Assembly (NCBI GenBank): GCA_021613535.1
Contig: CP075493.1
Coordinates: forward strand, 15,686,001 to 15,750,000
Source: Adineta vaga
Lineage: Eukaryota; Animalia; Rotifera
DNA length: 64,000 nucleotides
Direction: 5' to 3'
Part shown: one piece after another, positions 39,398 to 52,616 of the stretch
Numbering within the stretch: position 1 is the first letter of the stretch
Layout: each line of letters opens with the position of its first letter
The notes under the pieces: model-generated
The model's database searches: none
What the model was told of the DNA's origin: nothing
Seen by the model: the letters and a program-made list of their open reading frames with translations, nothing else
Made by a program: the position numbers and the translations under genes

Positions 39398-40148
39398 CTA
39401 ACGATGATAGGAATATATCTATTCCGCACCTACCCACATTTTTTTAGACTAAAGATGTGAAATATATTAATATTACGATTATTAAAAGATGTTTTCCTAT
39501 TCATAAATAACTGATGCTTGTCTCTTCATTGTTTCTAAGACGAATAATGCATATTTATATAAGAGTATATTTATATAACAAGATTTGCAAATATTTTTGA
39601 CGACAGCTATACGTCCACATTTAACAGGAGAATATTGCTATTATATTTTCATCAATACAAAATGAGCACAAACCTGACTGCATTTTATATTTATTCACTT
39701 TTCTTCGAGTATCTCTTCACTTCTATACAATAATTAAAGAAAACCTGCTTGAATATATATTCTTTAAAAGAGACAAAACACAAGAAAAAAAGTTTTTTTT
39801 TCGCCAGTTTCGTTCAAATCTATGCCATTCTTGTCAATATCTATATGGAAATGATGAATATCATGCCTTTTTCTTTTCTTTTCTTTCCTATTAGCTATCA
39901 GTATGTGTTTCATTTCCTTTTTTTCACTGTGTTATTTGGTTGAATAACACTCAATGACCTATTCTTTTTCTAATACTAATAGATTCAATTCTTGTACTGT
40001 TTCGAACTGCTGTTATGTTAGCTTTTTTTATTTCTATATAGATATATGACCTTACGAGAAAACCATTCGGGATAATCAATTTTGATCTATTAGATTTATT
40101 CGTATAGAAAAGTAAAAACAGCATCATCTCATACCAAAAAACGACAAA

Positions 40149-40807
40149 ATGGCTTTTGAAAATCGAAGAATGATATATATTACATTTGCAATTATGATCA
40201 TAGTTTTTATTTTATATACCACTGCAAATAGTTTACCAATATGGTAAGTAAACATTATATATTCGTTCACCGATATTTCATTCACTAAGAATACTGAAAA
40301 AGTACATTTCTAATTGTAATAGAACTGCGATTTGAAGAAATATTAAAATGAAAAGGAAGCCAATGGAGAGATTTTGTACAAAATTAGTCTAATTTATTTG
40401 TTTAGGATAACATATATTCTGTCGACTCAATTGCGATCAAAATCGGTTTATGGAAAATATGTGGATTACAAAATGGTATATCGTTTTGTGTTGATTCTCC
40501 AATGAAGGTCGATGATAAAATGATCGCAACATGTGCATTTATTACAATATGTTGTATAGTATGCCCACTGGCTGCATTAACTACACTATTGATTATATTC
40601 GTGAATGAAAAATTGAAAAAAATTATGTCTATATTAGCTAAAAGTCTTGCTTTTGCAAGTCTTATTAGTGGGATTATTTGCATTGGTGTCGGAATTAGTT
40701 TTACTGTAGATGTTAAAAATCAAGTTGATGGTAGCATGGGTGCATCATGTATTTTGGCTATTGTTGGAGTGGTATTTAATTTAGCTGGCACTATATTACA
40801 ACCATGA
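40149..40807 (+). CDS. Claudin/PMP22-like tetraspan protein (the simple GT-AG splice is one base out of frame)
   Basis: Exon 1 has a TM ending ...LPIW; exon 2 has IGLWKIC...C and three more TMs. Confidence 0.6.
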
Positions 40808-41154
40808 TGATCAAATGAAACATATCAATTATAATAAAAACTTGACATAAATAATTCATTCTTCTTTTTATAATCTCGCAGAAATAAATGAGGAAAGAGA
40901 AACTTTCGCTGAAGAATTAGTTTCAATACGATGCCATAAACAGAAGCATCTATGTAGTCCTGAGCAATTTTTCTTTTTCTTTCTGGCGCGAGTTTTGGTA
41001 AAAAAACGACAATCGTATCCAATAGTGTTAAACTTGAATTCAAAGGAACTATGCTATTTGAAAACCCTTCGTAGCATCCTCATCACCCACACCCGGAACC
41101 TTCAAGTTCTATTCTGAAGACTTTATAAAAATCGATACTTTTATTTTTGAATAT

Positions 41155-42768
41155 TTATGGTGAAACATAAAGACAATACGGAAAAGTTTTTTGATAAATA
41201 CAATAATCTTCATTTGAAAGTGAACATTTCTCATAACTTTGATGAATTCGATAGATTGAATAGAATCTTTTCGATTGTTGTTCATCATTTAACCATTGTT
41301 GAAATTCTTGATTAATTTGAAACATTTTCTTATCTAAATAACTAAATGGCGTCATATAGATATATAAATGAATTAATTCTTTGAAATAAATTTCAATATG
41401 TTTAAGAGCTGTAATTACTGATAAAACATTTTTCATTTGATCATCATCAGAAATAAAAGTAAGATTTTCTAAACGAAGTTCTCGAATATGTGAAATAATT
41501 GTTACTAAATCAATCAAAAATGATTGATGATAATTCAAAAGATTAAAATGAACTTTTCTCAAATGTTTCGTTGGAAGAAATTTTAAAATTTCAATCATTT
41601 TCTGTGAATTATTTCCAATTAATTTTAAAGAAGTTAAATTTGTTAACAAATGTATATCATTATGAATTGATTCTAATGATAATCTATAGGTAAATTTATT
41701 GACCTTGCTATTGGATTGAACATCGATATTTAATGAATTTTTTGTATTAAGATTTCGTTTGAATAGATCAGAAAATGGTGAAGATAAACGATAAGTATTT
41801 GTGATGATTTCATCGGAGAAATAAATTTTATATTGAAATGTTTCAAGAACAGGAAAAATTTCTTTAATCATCATGATAAATTGATCATCTAAATGAATTT
41901 TTGTTGTTAATCGAAGAATTAAAATCAATGATTTGATTTCTCGAGGAAATAATTTCAAGAATTTCGATAAGAATTTCCATTGAATTGTTAAAATTTCAAT
42001 ATGTAATGATATTAATGATTTCGGAAATATTAATTTCGAATATTTTTCATCGAAAAAATTCAAATAATTCAATGCAATTTTTAATTCTTCTAAATTCAAA
42101 TGAATTCTTTGTAAAAGATCCGTTCGATAGAGTGTTTCTAAATTATCAATTGCAAATGCAAATGATTTGATATTTATTGGTAATTGAAACCATTTTAAAT
42201 TCACATAACCTCGTATTTTCTTTTTCCAAAATCCAACAATTGTTAAATGAGTCAATGTTAATGGAAATGAAATCGATTGAAAACAAGAACGAAAGATTGG
42301 TTTCATAAATGTATCAGGTAAAATATTCAAATGAAGATCAGTTAAATGGGATAAGGACGAGGATAATTTAGGTAATGTTAATTGAAATAGATCAAATTCA
42401 TGAAACCAATGATCAATCGTTAATTTTAAACTTTGAAGATAACGAAAAGTTTTTGTTTGAAATAGAAAATGATTTTGAGAATAGAAAATCTTTTGAAATT
42501 GTCCACTGTTTTTTAAAGTTAATGAATAAATTTGATAATCTGCTTTAGAAAGTAATATTTCATTTATAAATATATTCCATTGTTTTAATGATACTTCACT
42601 TAAATCAATTTCATTCAAATATGGATGTATGATTTGTTTAAAACGTTTATTTAATTTATAAAATCCATAAAATAAATCAATCGTTTCTAAATATGTAAAT
42701 ATTTTTAACCAAAGTTCATCAGGTAAATGTTCAGCTTGTGTTGTTGTCATTCGACTTTCATTCATCAT
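41155..42768 (-). CDS. F-box protein with LRR-like C-terminus
   Basis: EHLPDELWLKIFTYL...LFYGFYKLNKRF F-box, followed by leucine-rich segments. Confidence 0.85.
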   Translation of the reverse strand: MMNESRMTTTQAEHLPDELWLKIFTYLETIDLFYGFYKLNKRFKQIIHPYLNEIDLSEVSLKQWNIFINEILLSKADYQIYSLTLKNSGQFQKIFYSQNHFLFQTKTFRYLQSLKLTIDHWFHEFDLFQLTLPKLSSSLSHLTDLHLNILPDTFMKPIFRSCFQSISFPLTLTHLTIVGFWKKKIRGYVNLKWFQLPINIKSFAFAIDNLETLYRTDLLQRIHLNLEELKIALNYLNFFDEKYSKLIFPKSLISLHIEILTIQWKFLSKFLKLFPREIKSLILILRLTTKIHLDDQFIMMIKEIFPVLETFQYKIYFSDEIITNTYRLSSPFSDLFKRNLNTKNSLNIDVQSNSKVNKFTYRLSLESIHNDIHLLTNLTSLKLIGNNSQKMIEILKFLPTKHLRKVHFNLLNYHQSFLIDLVTIISHIRELRLENLTFISDDDQMKNVLSVITALKHIEIYFKELIHLYIYMTPFSYLDKKMFQINQEFQQWLNDEQQSKRFYSIYRIHQSYEKCSLSNEDYCIYQKTFPYCLYVSP

Positions 42769-42899
42769 ATTATTTCATATAGTTCTTTAAGGACAGATTT
42801 ATTTAAAGAGAGTATGTCGAGTGATAAGAATAACTTCACTTCTTATCCAAGGACTGAAAAATAAAAACTCAAGGATAAATTTTAATCTTTTAAAAAGAA

Positions 42900-44044
42900 T
42901 CAAGTTTGTTGATATGATGGATTTATTCGATTATTTCGAATGAATTGATGTTGATCTGTTCGTTGAAAATGATGAATTTGTCGTCTCGGAATGATTAATA
43001 AAAATAATTCACGACGAAAACTTGGTGCTGTTAATGTATAAACATAAAATGTCATCTGAAAATTTTAGAAATATTCAATAAAAATCTTTTCGTTCTTTTT
43101 TATACAAGAAATTCTTTACCGCATTGAATATAAAAGTACCAAAAGCACCTGTTGCTGTTATTGATAAACTTTCTGCTGCATTTCGATAGGGTGTTCGACT
43201 TGATGGTGGATCATATTGTGTTATTGTTAAATAAATAAAATTACTAACAAATGGAAGTGCTGTTACAATATACAACACAACTTGTCCTATAAGCATTGTT
43301 GATAGTTGAATATCTCGTTTACGTACATGAATCTAATTTTATATAAACATATATTAATATTATTTTATAACAAAGAAAAAAAGATGTTACTCTCTCTTGA
43401 CGAAATCTTCGTGCATTTTGTTTTAATTTCCAAATCATCATTCCAGTAAATATACTCATGAATAAAGCTGGAATTCCAAAATTAAATACAAATAAAACTG
43501 TTGTATCAATAATTTTTCCTATTGAAGAATTTGTTGTACATTGATGTGTTTGAGGAAATGAATCATAAACAAATAAAACATAAATTGATAAACATAAACA
43601 ACTTAGAATAATAATACAAATAATTTTAAATGCGATTTTTATTTGACAAAATAATCGATATTGAACATTTCGTGAACATAATAACAATCGATCAAGACAT
43701 GCTAATACAACACATCCTCGACTGATTAATTGAGCAGCAGTTAGAATATAATATCGTATTTTACAAAGAGATGAACTATATACTAATGGATTATTGTTAG
43801 TAAAGAAAGAAAACATGCTAATAAATAAACCCCATGTTAAACAAACTAAATTTGCCCATGTACTCGTATGAAAATAAAGTGCACAAGAATTTTTTCGCAT
43901 TGAAGGACGAAGAAATATGATGATGTTTAATAAACATCCAATTGTACCAAGAATAAATAGAATTGGTTGACCTATTTGCAAAAATCCATTACGAGCAGAT
44001 ATTAATTTAACAACAGATGGATCAATTGTTGTTGTTGTCGACAT
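42900..44044 (-). CDS. Rhodopsin-like 7TM receptor; two short introns
   Basis: TM pattern, CKIRYY, ACLDR. Spliced last exon MTFYVYTLTAPSFRRE. Confidence 0.85.
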
Positions 44045-45019
44045 ATTTTCTTTTCAAATTGAATATGATGGTTGGAAAAAGAAAAATACTTTGAATGAAG
44101 GATAATTCTCGATCTTTTAATAGAAAGATAAACCTATGTCGGAACTGACACATCATTTTTTTCTTCTTCTATTCAATCAATGAATACAACACAAAATAAT
44201 TAAGTTGAAATCTCGGAATTCTCTTCTTGAGAAAACAAAAGAAGGATTAGTTATTTTCACTTGTTGAGATTTCAAGTCACTGAAAAAAAAACAATGACTT
44301 TGTTTTACAGTTTTATTCCTGGAAATTAATTAGAATTGAATTTACCTTGTAGAATCAAATTTACAATAGATAAACAAAATAATAGTTTAATTTAGGAATG
44401 CAACAATGACGATTAATCATTCTTTTAAGAAGAAAAACAAGTTATTTAATCATAACCAGTTCTTATATTTGTGAACTCCTAGAAATCCAACCACGTTTTA
44501 TTTAAAAGAGTACATATATTCTTTAGAAACGTCTTGAATATTCAAATCTTTCGTTTCAGCAATCCTCAAAGGAAAGTCATCAAAACACATATATCATCGA
44601 CTACATAATTTGAAACATACGATTTTCTGCATCCTTTATTATCAATTTGCATGTAAAAAAGTGTAAGTGACGCTGAAAATTCGAAATAGAAATTCATACG
44701 CGAGAATTCCTTTCAATTCGTAATTTATCCGATTCCCAAACTTGTAGAAATCGTTGGTTACCAATTTGCATCGCGAAATAAGATGTATTCTCCATCCATT
44801 ATCGAATATTTTCGCTCCTGTCTTTTCAAATACAATTAACTTTGTCGCTCGATACGATAATCGATATAAATCAGTGATGTGCATCACTGACTGCGAAATG
44901 CGCAGTTTTTAATACTCCTCACTGTAAATAAAGTATATATAAGAAACCAATAACGACTGCACCTTTCACAATATAATTCACAGTTATCTATTCAACTGCC
45001 CGAGAGTAAAACAAAAATC

Positions 45020-45274
45020 ATGGATATCAAATCTTTAATTATTATGGCAGTTGGTATAATTCTCATCGCGCAATTATTCGTCGTAAGCAGCAGTAATCCA
45101 CATGAAGATGAGAGTAATTCACTCGAACAATCGACATTTGAACTACGGCACTTACTCCGCAGCAGTTTTGCGAAACGAGACAGCAAATGCATATGGTGCG
45201 TACAAAGGAAACGATGTGAAGATAAATCTGGTAACTGCGCCTGGTGTAAGCGTTACAATCGGTGCAATACATAA
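45020..45274 (+). CDS. Secreted prepropeptide with a 31-aa, 6-Cys cationic mature peptide
   Basis: Signal, acidic pro-region, AKR cleavage, then DSKCIWCVQRKRCEDKSGNCAWCKRYNRCNT. TATA (TATATAAG) about 80 bp upstream. Confidence 0.75.
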   Translation: MDIKSLIIMAVGIILIAQLFVVSSSNPHEDESNSLEQSTFELRHLLRSSFAKRDSKCIWCVQRKRCEDKSGNCAWCKRYNRCNT

Positions 45275-46031
45275 AAGAGCGTATAAGTGTATTATATACG
45301 TATTCAAATTTCGCTGCACATATTCGTTAAATCTCTTTCTCTTTCCTTTATGGTCGACATATCTCAACAGTTTACTTACACTTTATATTTTCCTCTAACG
45401 TAGTTTTCCATTATAAAGACGATTTTTTCAATATTAACCGTCCATATCCTTTCTCTTGTAGTTATTTATTTTTTAATCCCAATAAATATATTTATATATA
45501 CCAATAGTATTTGTATTTCAAAAATTAATATTTTATCAATAAATCACTATTTTGCACATAAATTCATGTATTTCGTACGTTCGAAATTTCAACAATATCT
45601 ATTCATGAGATATCGCAGTGGCGAAAATAAATCGCCTATACTCTCTTCGTTATTCGCACATGTAGATTCAATTACGTATTGTCTAATTTTTTTGTTATTT
45701 TTCAGAATGAATGCGTCTACGCAAACACGCTGAAATCGGTTCCATATCTTCTAGTAGAAGTCAAAATATGTCCGAAAATAACAAAAAAGCATTTTCTCCA
45801 TAGTCTGTTTTGTTTTTGAGAAATATGCACCAACAACAGAATCGTGTCATTTCAAAGGCATGAATGATATATCCGTCTAATAACTTCAAGATATTTTTAT
45901 ATTGTATCACTTAGTTCTTCAGAGACAAGTTGGTTAAGTGGTAGGGATATAGACGATGGAACAAATTTATTCGAAATTAAAGTAAGCTTTTACGAACAAA
46001 TGAGTATGATGAAAGTCATCTGGATTGTTGT

Positions 46032-46478
46032 CTAGCAGTTCAAATATCCCAGTGTATAAGAACAATTGGTGACGTGACGTGTTGCTTGGCTAGCAAGAAC
46101 TATTGCGACAATAAGTCCGATATATCCTGCAATACTACTGAGCGTAACAAGAATATTGAATACGAGTGCCAAAGTACTCATTGTTCTTGCACCACTTATA
46201 TTGTTCGACTGTTTGTAACTACGACAAATCAAACTGAAGATAAGGGGAAGGATTCCAGCGAATATCCAACCGATAAATATGTTGACAATCGACCATGGTA
46301 ACCAGTCACGAATTTGAAGAATTTCTGGATTTTGATATGACTGAATCATAGGAACAACATATACTAGCTGATTGTTAGGTGGTTGCTGTATGTACTGAAC
46401 GTGGCCACTTGGTGGAACGTATTCATATTGTGGTGGAGAAGTTTCGGGATATTTTGACTGTACGTAGCTAGCATCCAT
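46032..46478 (-). CDS. CD225/dispanin (IFITM-like) membrane protein
   Basis: Pro/Gln-rich N-terminus, DWLPWSIVNIF..G...LIFS...R......GAR..S..A..FN. Confidence 0.82.
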   Translation of the reverse strand: MDASYVQSKYPETSPPQYEYVPPSGHVQYIQQPPNNQLVYVVPMIQSYQNPEILQIRDWLPWSIVNIFIGWIFAGILPLIFSLICRSYKQSNNISGARTMSTLALVFNILVTLSSIAGYIGLIVAIVLASQATRHVTNCSYTLGYLNC

Positions 46479-47194
46479 AATTTTTCGAAGAATAAGTTAT
46501 ACTTTATACGGCATGTATGGCTATTTAAATACTTTTATAGAGCATATATTCTCAAAGCATTTGCTCAGAAGTATACGTATTAGCGAAAGTCGAAGGTGAG
46601 TTTCCAGTAAATATGCTTATCTCAAAAGTATTGATACAAGTCATTTATCATACTTTTTATCGTAAGTATATGGATGTTGCTATCGTATTGCCTGTGCATT
46701 TTTTTCGTTCCTTTTTATTAAATAATTGTATACGAAATGTATGATTTTTTTAAAATCATTCCACTCGAGTAGGATCACATAATTCATAACCAATGGGATG
46801 TGGAATAATTGAGGTTCAATGAGCTTATTTTTTCTTTAAAAGATAGATCAATGTGTTTTCAAATTATGATTTTATGCTCTTACTACACTCATCCACTCAC
46901 ATCCTCAAGATCTTTCAGATTGTGCAATGGCATTATTTCCAACTTTTTTTTTATTTGACTTTTAACTGTAAAAATAAACAAGACTGAATTAAAGAAAGAA
47001 ATCATGTTTTTATATTTTTCTTTATGAAAAAGAAAACGTTGGAAGCACAGAATTACATTCTATGTCTATATTGACTCATTCCAATGGTATAGTGCAACTA
47101 CTCAACTTGGTTTTTTCCAAGTTTTGAAATGAAAAATATTCATTATAAAATGTTTTTGTAAAAACTAATTCTATTGCATTAAAATATAGCTATT

Positions 47195-49259
47195 ATGTTT
47201 CAAACGATTTCTACTTTATCAGCTACGGTACCTGACGAATGTTCAATTTGTCTGACTGCTTTATCACCCGGTTTACCTCTGCTTACACTATCTTGCAATC
47301 ATAAGTTTCATTTAGAATGTTTTGCATTAAATTTGAAAGCAAAACATCGACAGTGTCCATTATGTCGAACAACAGTTGATTCGACTGTAAACAAAATATT
47401 AATTGGTGAAAATGTTGAAGAAAACAGTCAAAACGAACGAGCTTTTATTGAGACCAATCAATCGCGTCATAGGCTGCCGTTATCTGTTCGTTTAGATCGA
47501 AGATCTTCACGACGCGTTACCAATGTAAGTAAATATATAATTTAAAAAATCGCTCAAGTCTTTTTTCTCAAACGTATAATCATATAGAATATCATCTCGG
47601 TAGAAGATCCTGTTGATGAAATTGCTTTACGAACAGTATCTAATCAATTAACTAATACTTTATCAAATAGTCATATTTTACCTTCAATTATTGTCTCAAC
47701 TACTTTGGAATTTAATGGTCAATTATCTAATCAAGAATCTACTATGTATGGACTTGTCACTCTCGAAGCTCCTTCAAACAGTTCTTCAACAAATGCTCAC
47801 GCTCCAATTGATATTATCTGTCTTGTTGATCAGAGTAGCTCTATGAAAGGAAGAAGAATGATCTTATTAAAACAAACATTAATCTATATTGCTGAACGAT
47901 TAAATGAATTCGATAGATTAGCTATTGTTTCTTTTGATAAACGAGCATTTGATCGTTCGCATAATTTTAAACGTATGAATCAACAAAAGTAAATTAAAAG
48001 TTGATATTTTCATCTATTGTCAAATCATTCATTATTTTCAGTTTAGAAACAATGAAAAAAGTTATTCATGACAATATCCAGATCGGAAATGGAACATGTA
48101 TTGGATCCGGATTAGAAATGGCTATTAATTTATTCGTCAATCGTCGAACTAAAAATCCACTTAGTGCTTTACTCTTGTTCACTGATGGTGAAGACAGAAG
48201 ACCATGTGATTATTCTCAATTAATGAGTAAATTACCTGAAAATACCATTTGTCATACCTTTGGTTATGGGCGTGAACATTCATCTGATTTACTACTAAAA
48301 CTAGCTGAATTGGGTAATGGAGGTACATTTACATATATTGTAAGTAATATACATTAAAAATCTTTTATTCAAATTCAATTTACACAATGTTCATCATTTA
48401 GGATAAACACGAAGCAATTGGTCCTGCTTTTGCTTCAACAATGGCTGGTTTGTTGACATGTGTAGCTCAACAAATTCGTGTTAACATTGAATTTTCTCAA
48501 GAATACCAAGTAATCCAAACTCATTCTCATTACGAATATGAACCAGAGCAATTACCATCATCAAAAGTAATTTTCAAACTCAATGATCTCAATGCGAATG
48601 AGAAACGGAATCTTCTCTTTCAATTATATACACCAAAAATCATGGATACATCTGCGACAAAGATTATTGGAAAGAAATATTTCAATATAAAATCAAATAA
48701 GGAATCACAACATAATCAGCACGATGTTAATAAACATATCATCGGTGCGTTTTTTACTGACAAAACGAATTAGTCTAATTCTCTCTCTTTAGGTCATGTA
48801 TCAATAACTTATATCGAACCAGAGAGTAGAAACACGTTAAACACTGTATCCGTTCCTTTTCATCTTGTTCGAAGTTCATTTTTAACTTCTGAACTTTGTC
48901 GAATCAATCGTAAAGTTGATATTCAACGAAATCGAGTACGAACAGCAATGGTATTGAAACAAGCAATGAACGAAAATAATTACGATCGATCATTAAGTAT
49001 TCTTAAAAATCAAGTAAAAAGTATTCAACGAAGTGCTTCTGCACGACATCCATTTTGTCAGCAGTTAGTCAAAGATCTTAAATATCAATATCCATCAGAA
49101 GAAGAATATCGTTCATCACAATCAAATGCTTGTCTTCAACATTTATCTGAACGAAGTACTTACACTACAGAAAGATGTCAAAGTGCAAAAAGCTATCAAA
49201 GTCCACAACAACAACTTGAAATAGAACATTTTAACATGAACTATACAAAGAAATCATAA
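47195..49259 (+). CDS. RING finger + vWA (MIDAS) + Vwaint-like C-terminus protein; introns 47525-47587, 47989-48041, 48340-48401, 48745-48792
   Basis: RING CSICL...CNHKFH..C...CPLCR. vWA DQSSSM, GTCIG, TDG, HTFGYG. All four introns splice in frame. Confidence 0.88.
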
Positions 49260-49482
49260 TGAATTTATAGAATGAGAAGATTACCATGAGACTTCTGAAT
49301 TAAACTCTTTTCTTTAAAATTTGTTCATTTGAAAATCGATAAATGCAGCACACACACTTTATTTGGTTTCTTCACACAATAAGCTGATATTCACATACAA
49401 AACACACACATAGATAAAAAGCATGGAACAATAGATATAGAAGAAAGATGAAAGTGATATATGTAGGAGATGTTCTGAAAAA

Positions 49483-49547
49483 TGAAGGTATGTGTGTGGG
49501 AGTGGGTGAGGATTGAAATAAAGAATGGATACCCACACCCACACTTC
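49483..49547. repeat. Telomere-like hairpin element at the piggyBac truncation point
   Basis: TGTGTGTGGGAGTGGGTGAGG-ATTGAAATAAAGAATGGAT-ACCCACACCCACAC. Confidence 0.8.
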
Positions 49548-50598
49548 ATTTGTAAAATATAGTTTAAAAGAATCCAAAATCGTTTGAACTTTTGTAGCTG
49601 AATCAGATTTTTTTAAAATTATATTAGCTGCAGGTATTCGACCTTTTGTTTGATTTGCATGAATCGACCAAGTAATATCGGCTTTTTGTATTGTCTCTGG
49701 TTAATCTTCTTTGAAAATTTCAGATTGATCTTCATCATCATCAGATGCATCAGATTCTTCTGAAATATGTTCGTCTGTAGATGTATCATCTGATTCATCA
49801 GGAACAAAATCATAATCATTTTCCAAATCCGAATCTTGACTGGTGATGTAGTCATCTTCATTTTCATCAGAGAGTAAAAGATCTCTGATTCTTTTTAAAT
49901 TTGACTTGGATGTATTATTCATAATATATGTAGATCTTATGAAATACGTGGGTGAAACGTTTGTTGTTGGACAGAAAAAGAACGAAAAAAAGGCGAAGTA
50001 ACAAAAATAGAGAAAAGACAAAGAAACGTCGAGTACATATATATAGAATAACGATCAGAAATAAACCGCTAAGTATGCGACAGGATAGATAAAGTCATAT
50101 ATATGTACTACAAAAGAATAGAGAATAATAACAGTGTACATATTCTAGCATTATCGAACCGAGCATTTCCATATGTATATCGCGACACATTGGACTATAC
50201 ACTTGTGTGATAAAAACTAGCCTTCTAATGTAATTTTGTAAATTTCTTATCGCTTTATCATGCCTTTGAAAGCTTAAATAATTAAAAATAACTTATCCAG
50301 AACAATTTATCACAGAAATTTGATTTTCATTAAGAAATAATAAAAATTTACCAGTTTATATATAAATATAAGTCAACAATACTATAGAAGAGTATGCAAA
50401 CGAATCACAAATCATGTTTTCTAAACAATAAATTGTATGCAATAGACGGCAGTTATGAAAAAAATGCAAAATTCGTGTCGATTACACAAATAGTGTGCCA
50501 GGGTCCGAATGGCCCAAATCAGTAAAAGGCTGTGTAGAATATGATAGAAAAATGCAAAGTGGGCCCGCGTGGACCTCACGACAGAAACCGAGGATTAG
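49546..50598 (-). mobile_element. piggyBac relic: degenerate left terminus (about 50490-50598) and truncated transposase N-terminus (49922-49546) with an in-frame stop
   Basis: Acidic N-terminus then W...KGRIPAANII...LDSFKLYFTNE, typical of piggyBac transposases. The terminus reads CTAA-TCCTCG, resembling TTAA-CCCT. Confidence 0.65.
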
Positions 50599-51143
50599 TT
50601 GATAAAAAATATTTATATTCGTATGAGGAGTCGGAACTTTTTGCAGATGGATTTGTTTCTCGAAGCTTTGTCTTGGGCGCTAAATCCGAGTAAATTGCCG
50701 GCCTAACTCAATAATATGGACGTAAAGAAAAGGAGAAAAAATCAAAGTAATAAATAGAAACGTGAGAGAAATGACAGATGGACATGGTTGTGAAGAAAAA
50801 GTACCTATCTCCCCGTATATATTCTCGAGCATATCGCCATTTTTCTCCAAGAAAACATCATCAGTGGTCAAGCATCGATAAAAAGGTACGCTTTCTTATT
50901 TTGTCTCTTCATAGAGCGTCGCTAATTAGAATTGAACTAATAGATCTACCAATAGAAATTTACACTTTTTATTTTCAACAGTTTTTTATTTTCTTCCAGT
51001 ATAGTACGTTAAGTTCCACCCCTCTCCACCGTAAACAAAATTCTAACTAGAAGCGAGTAAATTTAATGCTATTTGGATATGTTGGAGCTTGTATTAGATA
51101 TGTCGTCGTAAAATTTTTAGCTCGGTTGTGCAAAAGTTTTTAG

Positions 51144-51514
51144 AGATAAACATTGAACACGTAAATGATGTCACATCCCAAATTTCTCAAGTACGGCTCA
51201 TTTTGAAGACATGATTTCTGTTTACGTTTAAAAGAGCATCTCCAAATCTTCAATTTAATAGAACACTTTCCTCAAAAACCTTTGTTTTCCTTTTCAGAAT
51301 CTATTTTACATAGAAAAAGACTCAAAAAAATCTCTGAAAAACTTCTAACTATTATACTGCAAGTTTTTTAGTCTTTTCATGTGTAAAATAGATTCTGAAA
51401 AGATAGGAAAGATTTTTGAGATTCTTTTTTAAACAGAAAAAATTCAAATCTGCAAAATAAATAGCAGCTGAGAAATTTCGGAGGCGGCATCATCTACATG
51501 TTGAATATTTATCT
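51144..51514. repeat. Imperfect 370-bp palindrome (foldback/MITE-like)
   Basis: Outer arms AGATAAACATTGAACACGTAAATGATG / CATCATCTACATGTTGAATATTTATCT. Inner arms TTTTCAGAATCTATTTTACA / TGTAAAATAGATTCTGAAAA. Confidence 0.8.
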
Positions 51515-52616
51515 TTGGAATAAATAGAATGTTGATATAAAATGGGCGAAGGGAATCTTAAACAGTTGGTTTAGGCACAAAAAAATGAATGTTGATATAA
51601 AATGTACTTAGATTTGTAGGAACATCATAATAAAATCTATTCTTAGTCACCATCTGTATTTTATCTCAGACATTATATTCTAAAATAAAACGTTAAATCA
51701 ATAAACCTTGAAATTTTTCTGTTATTGGGTATCTTTACATAAGACATATTCTTTTTTTATTTGAGAGAACTATGATTTCAATTCTTAGTTATTGTAGAAA
51801 AACTCTTTGTGAAAGTATTGATATTGATACACTCATCAGAAGAAAAAATGTTCTATTTAGTGAGCAATAAGAAAGAAGAAGAAGAAGAAGAAGAAAAAGA
51901 GAAAATAAATTTAAATTTAAAAAGGGTTGTCATATTTTTAGCACCACATCGAATCCACTTAAAAGTACATTATAAGGATCACATCACTGCAAGATAGTTT
52001 TTATTAAAATATTGAATGCACTTAGAATTACGTGATGTGTATTTTTAATTTCAATAGTATGAAAATATATTATATTTCTCCTCATATGACTAAGAAAGAA
52101 AAAGAAAACGAAGGATATGAGAGTAAAATCTAGAAAGTCAACGCAGAAATATTTTTAATGTCATGAAAAAAAGAGAATTAACATTTTCGCATTGCAAATT
52201 ATGCGACTAAGACATAATTTGAGTAGAATAGTTTTATATCAATAAATATGAACATGTAAGTATAATTACAAGTTTTCTTTAATTAATCGAATTCATAAAT
52301 GAATATTTTATTGAAAATTGCAAGTAAGCAGGATGAAATAAAAAGACTAGAAAAGATCGTGCAGTATTTTGAATATTTTTTAAACTCGAAAATGAGCGAA
52401 GAGAAAGTAATTATATGCCAACACAACTTAACAATTCTAAACTTAGAAATTCTGATCATTTCTCTTCATTCACATACAAAGAATAAGAGAATAAGGAATA
52501 ATTTTTGCTATTAAATTCATTAAGTACGTTAGAAAAGATAGAAAATATATCTCATCTTTAACTATTGGAGAAATTCTTATTTTCCAACACAATCGTTTTA
52601 GGACAAATTTATATCG

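Noticed and set aside
51871-51897. (GAA)n tract giving a poly-Glu ORF
   Set aside because: Ordinary microsatellite in non-coding DNA.
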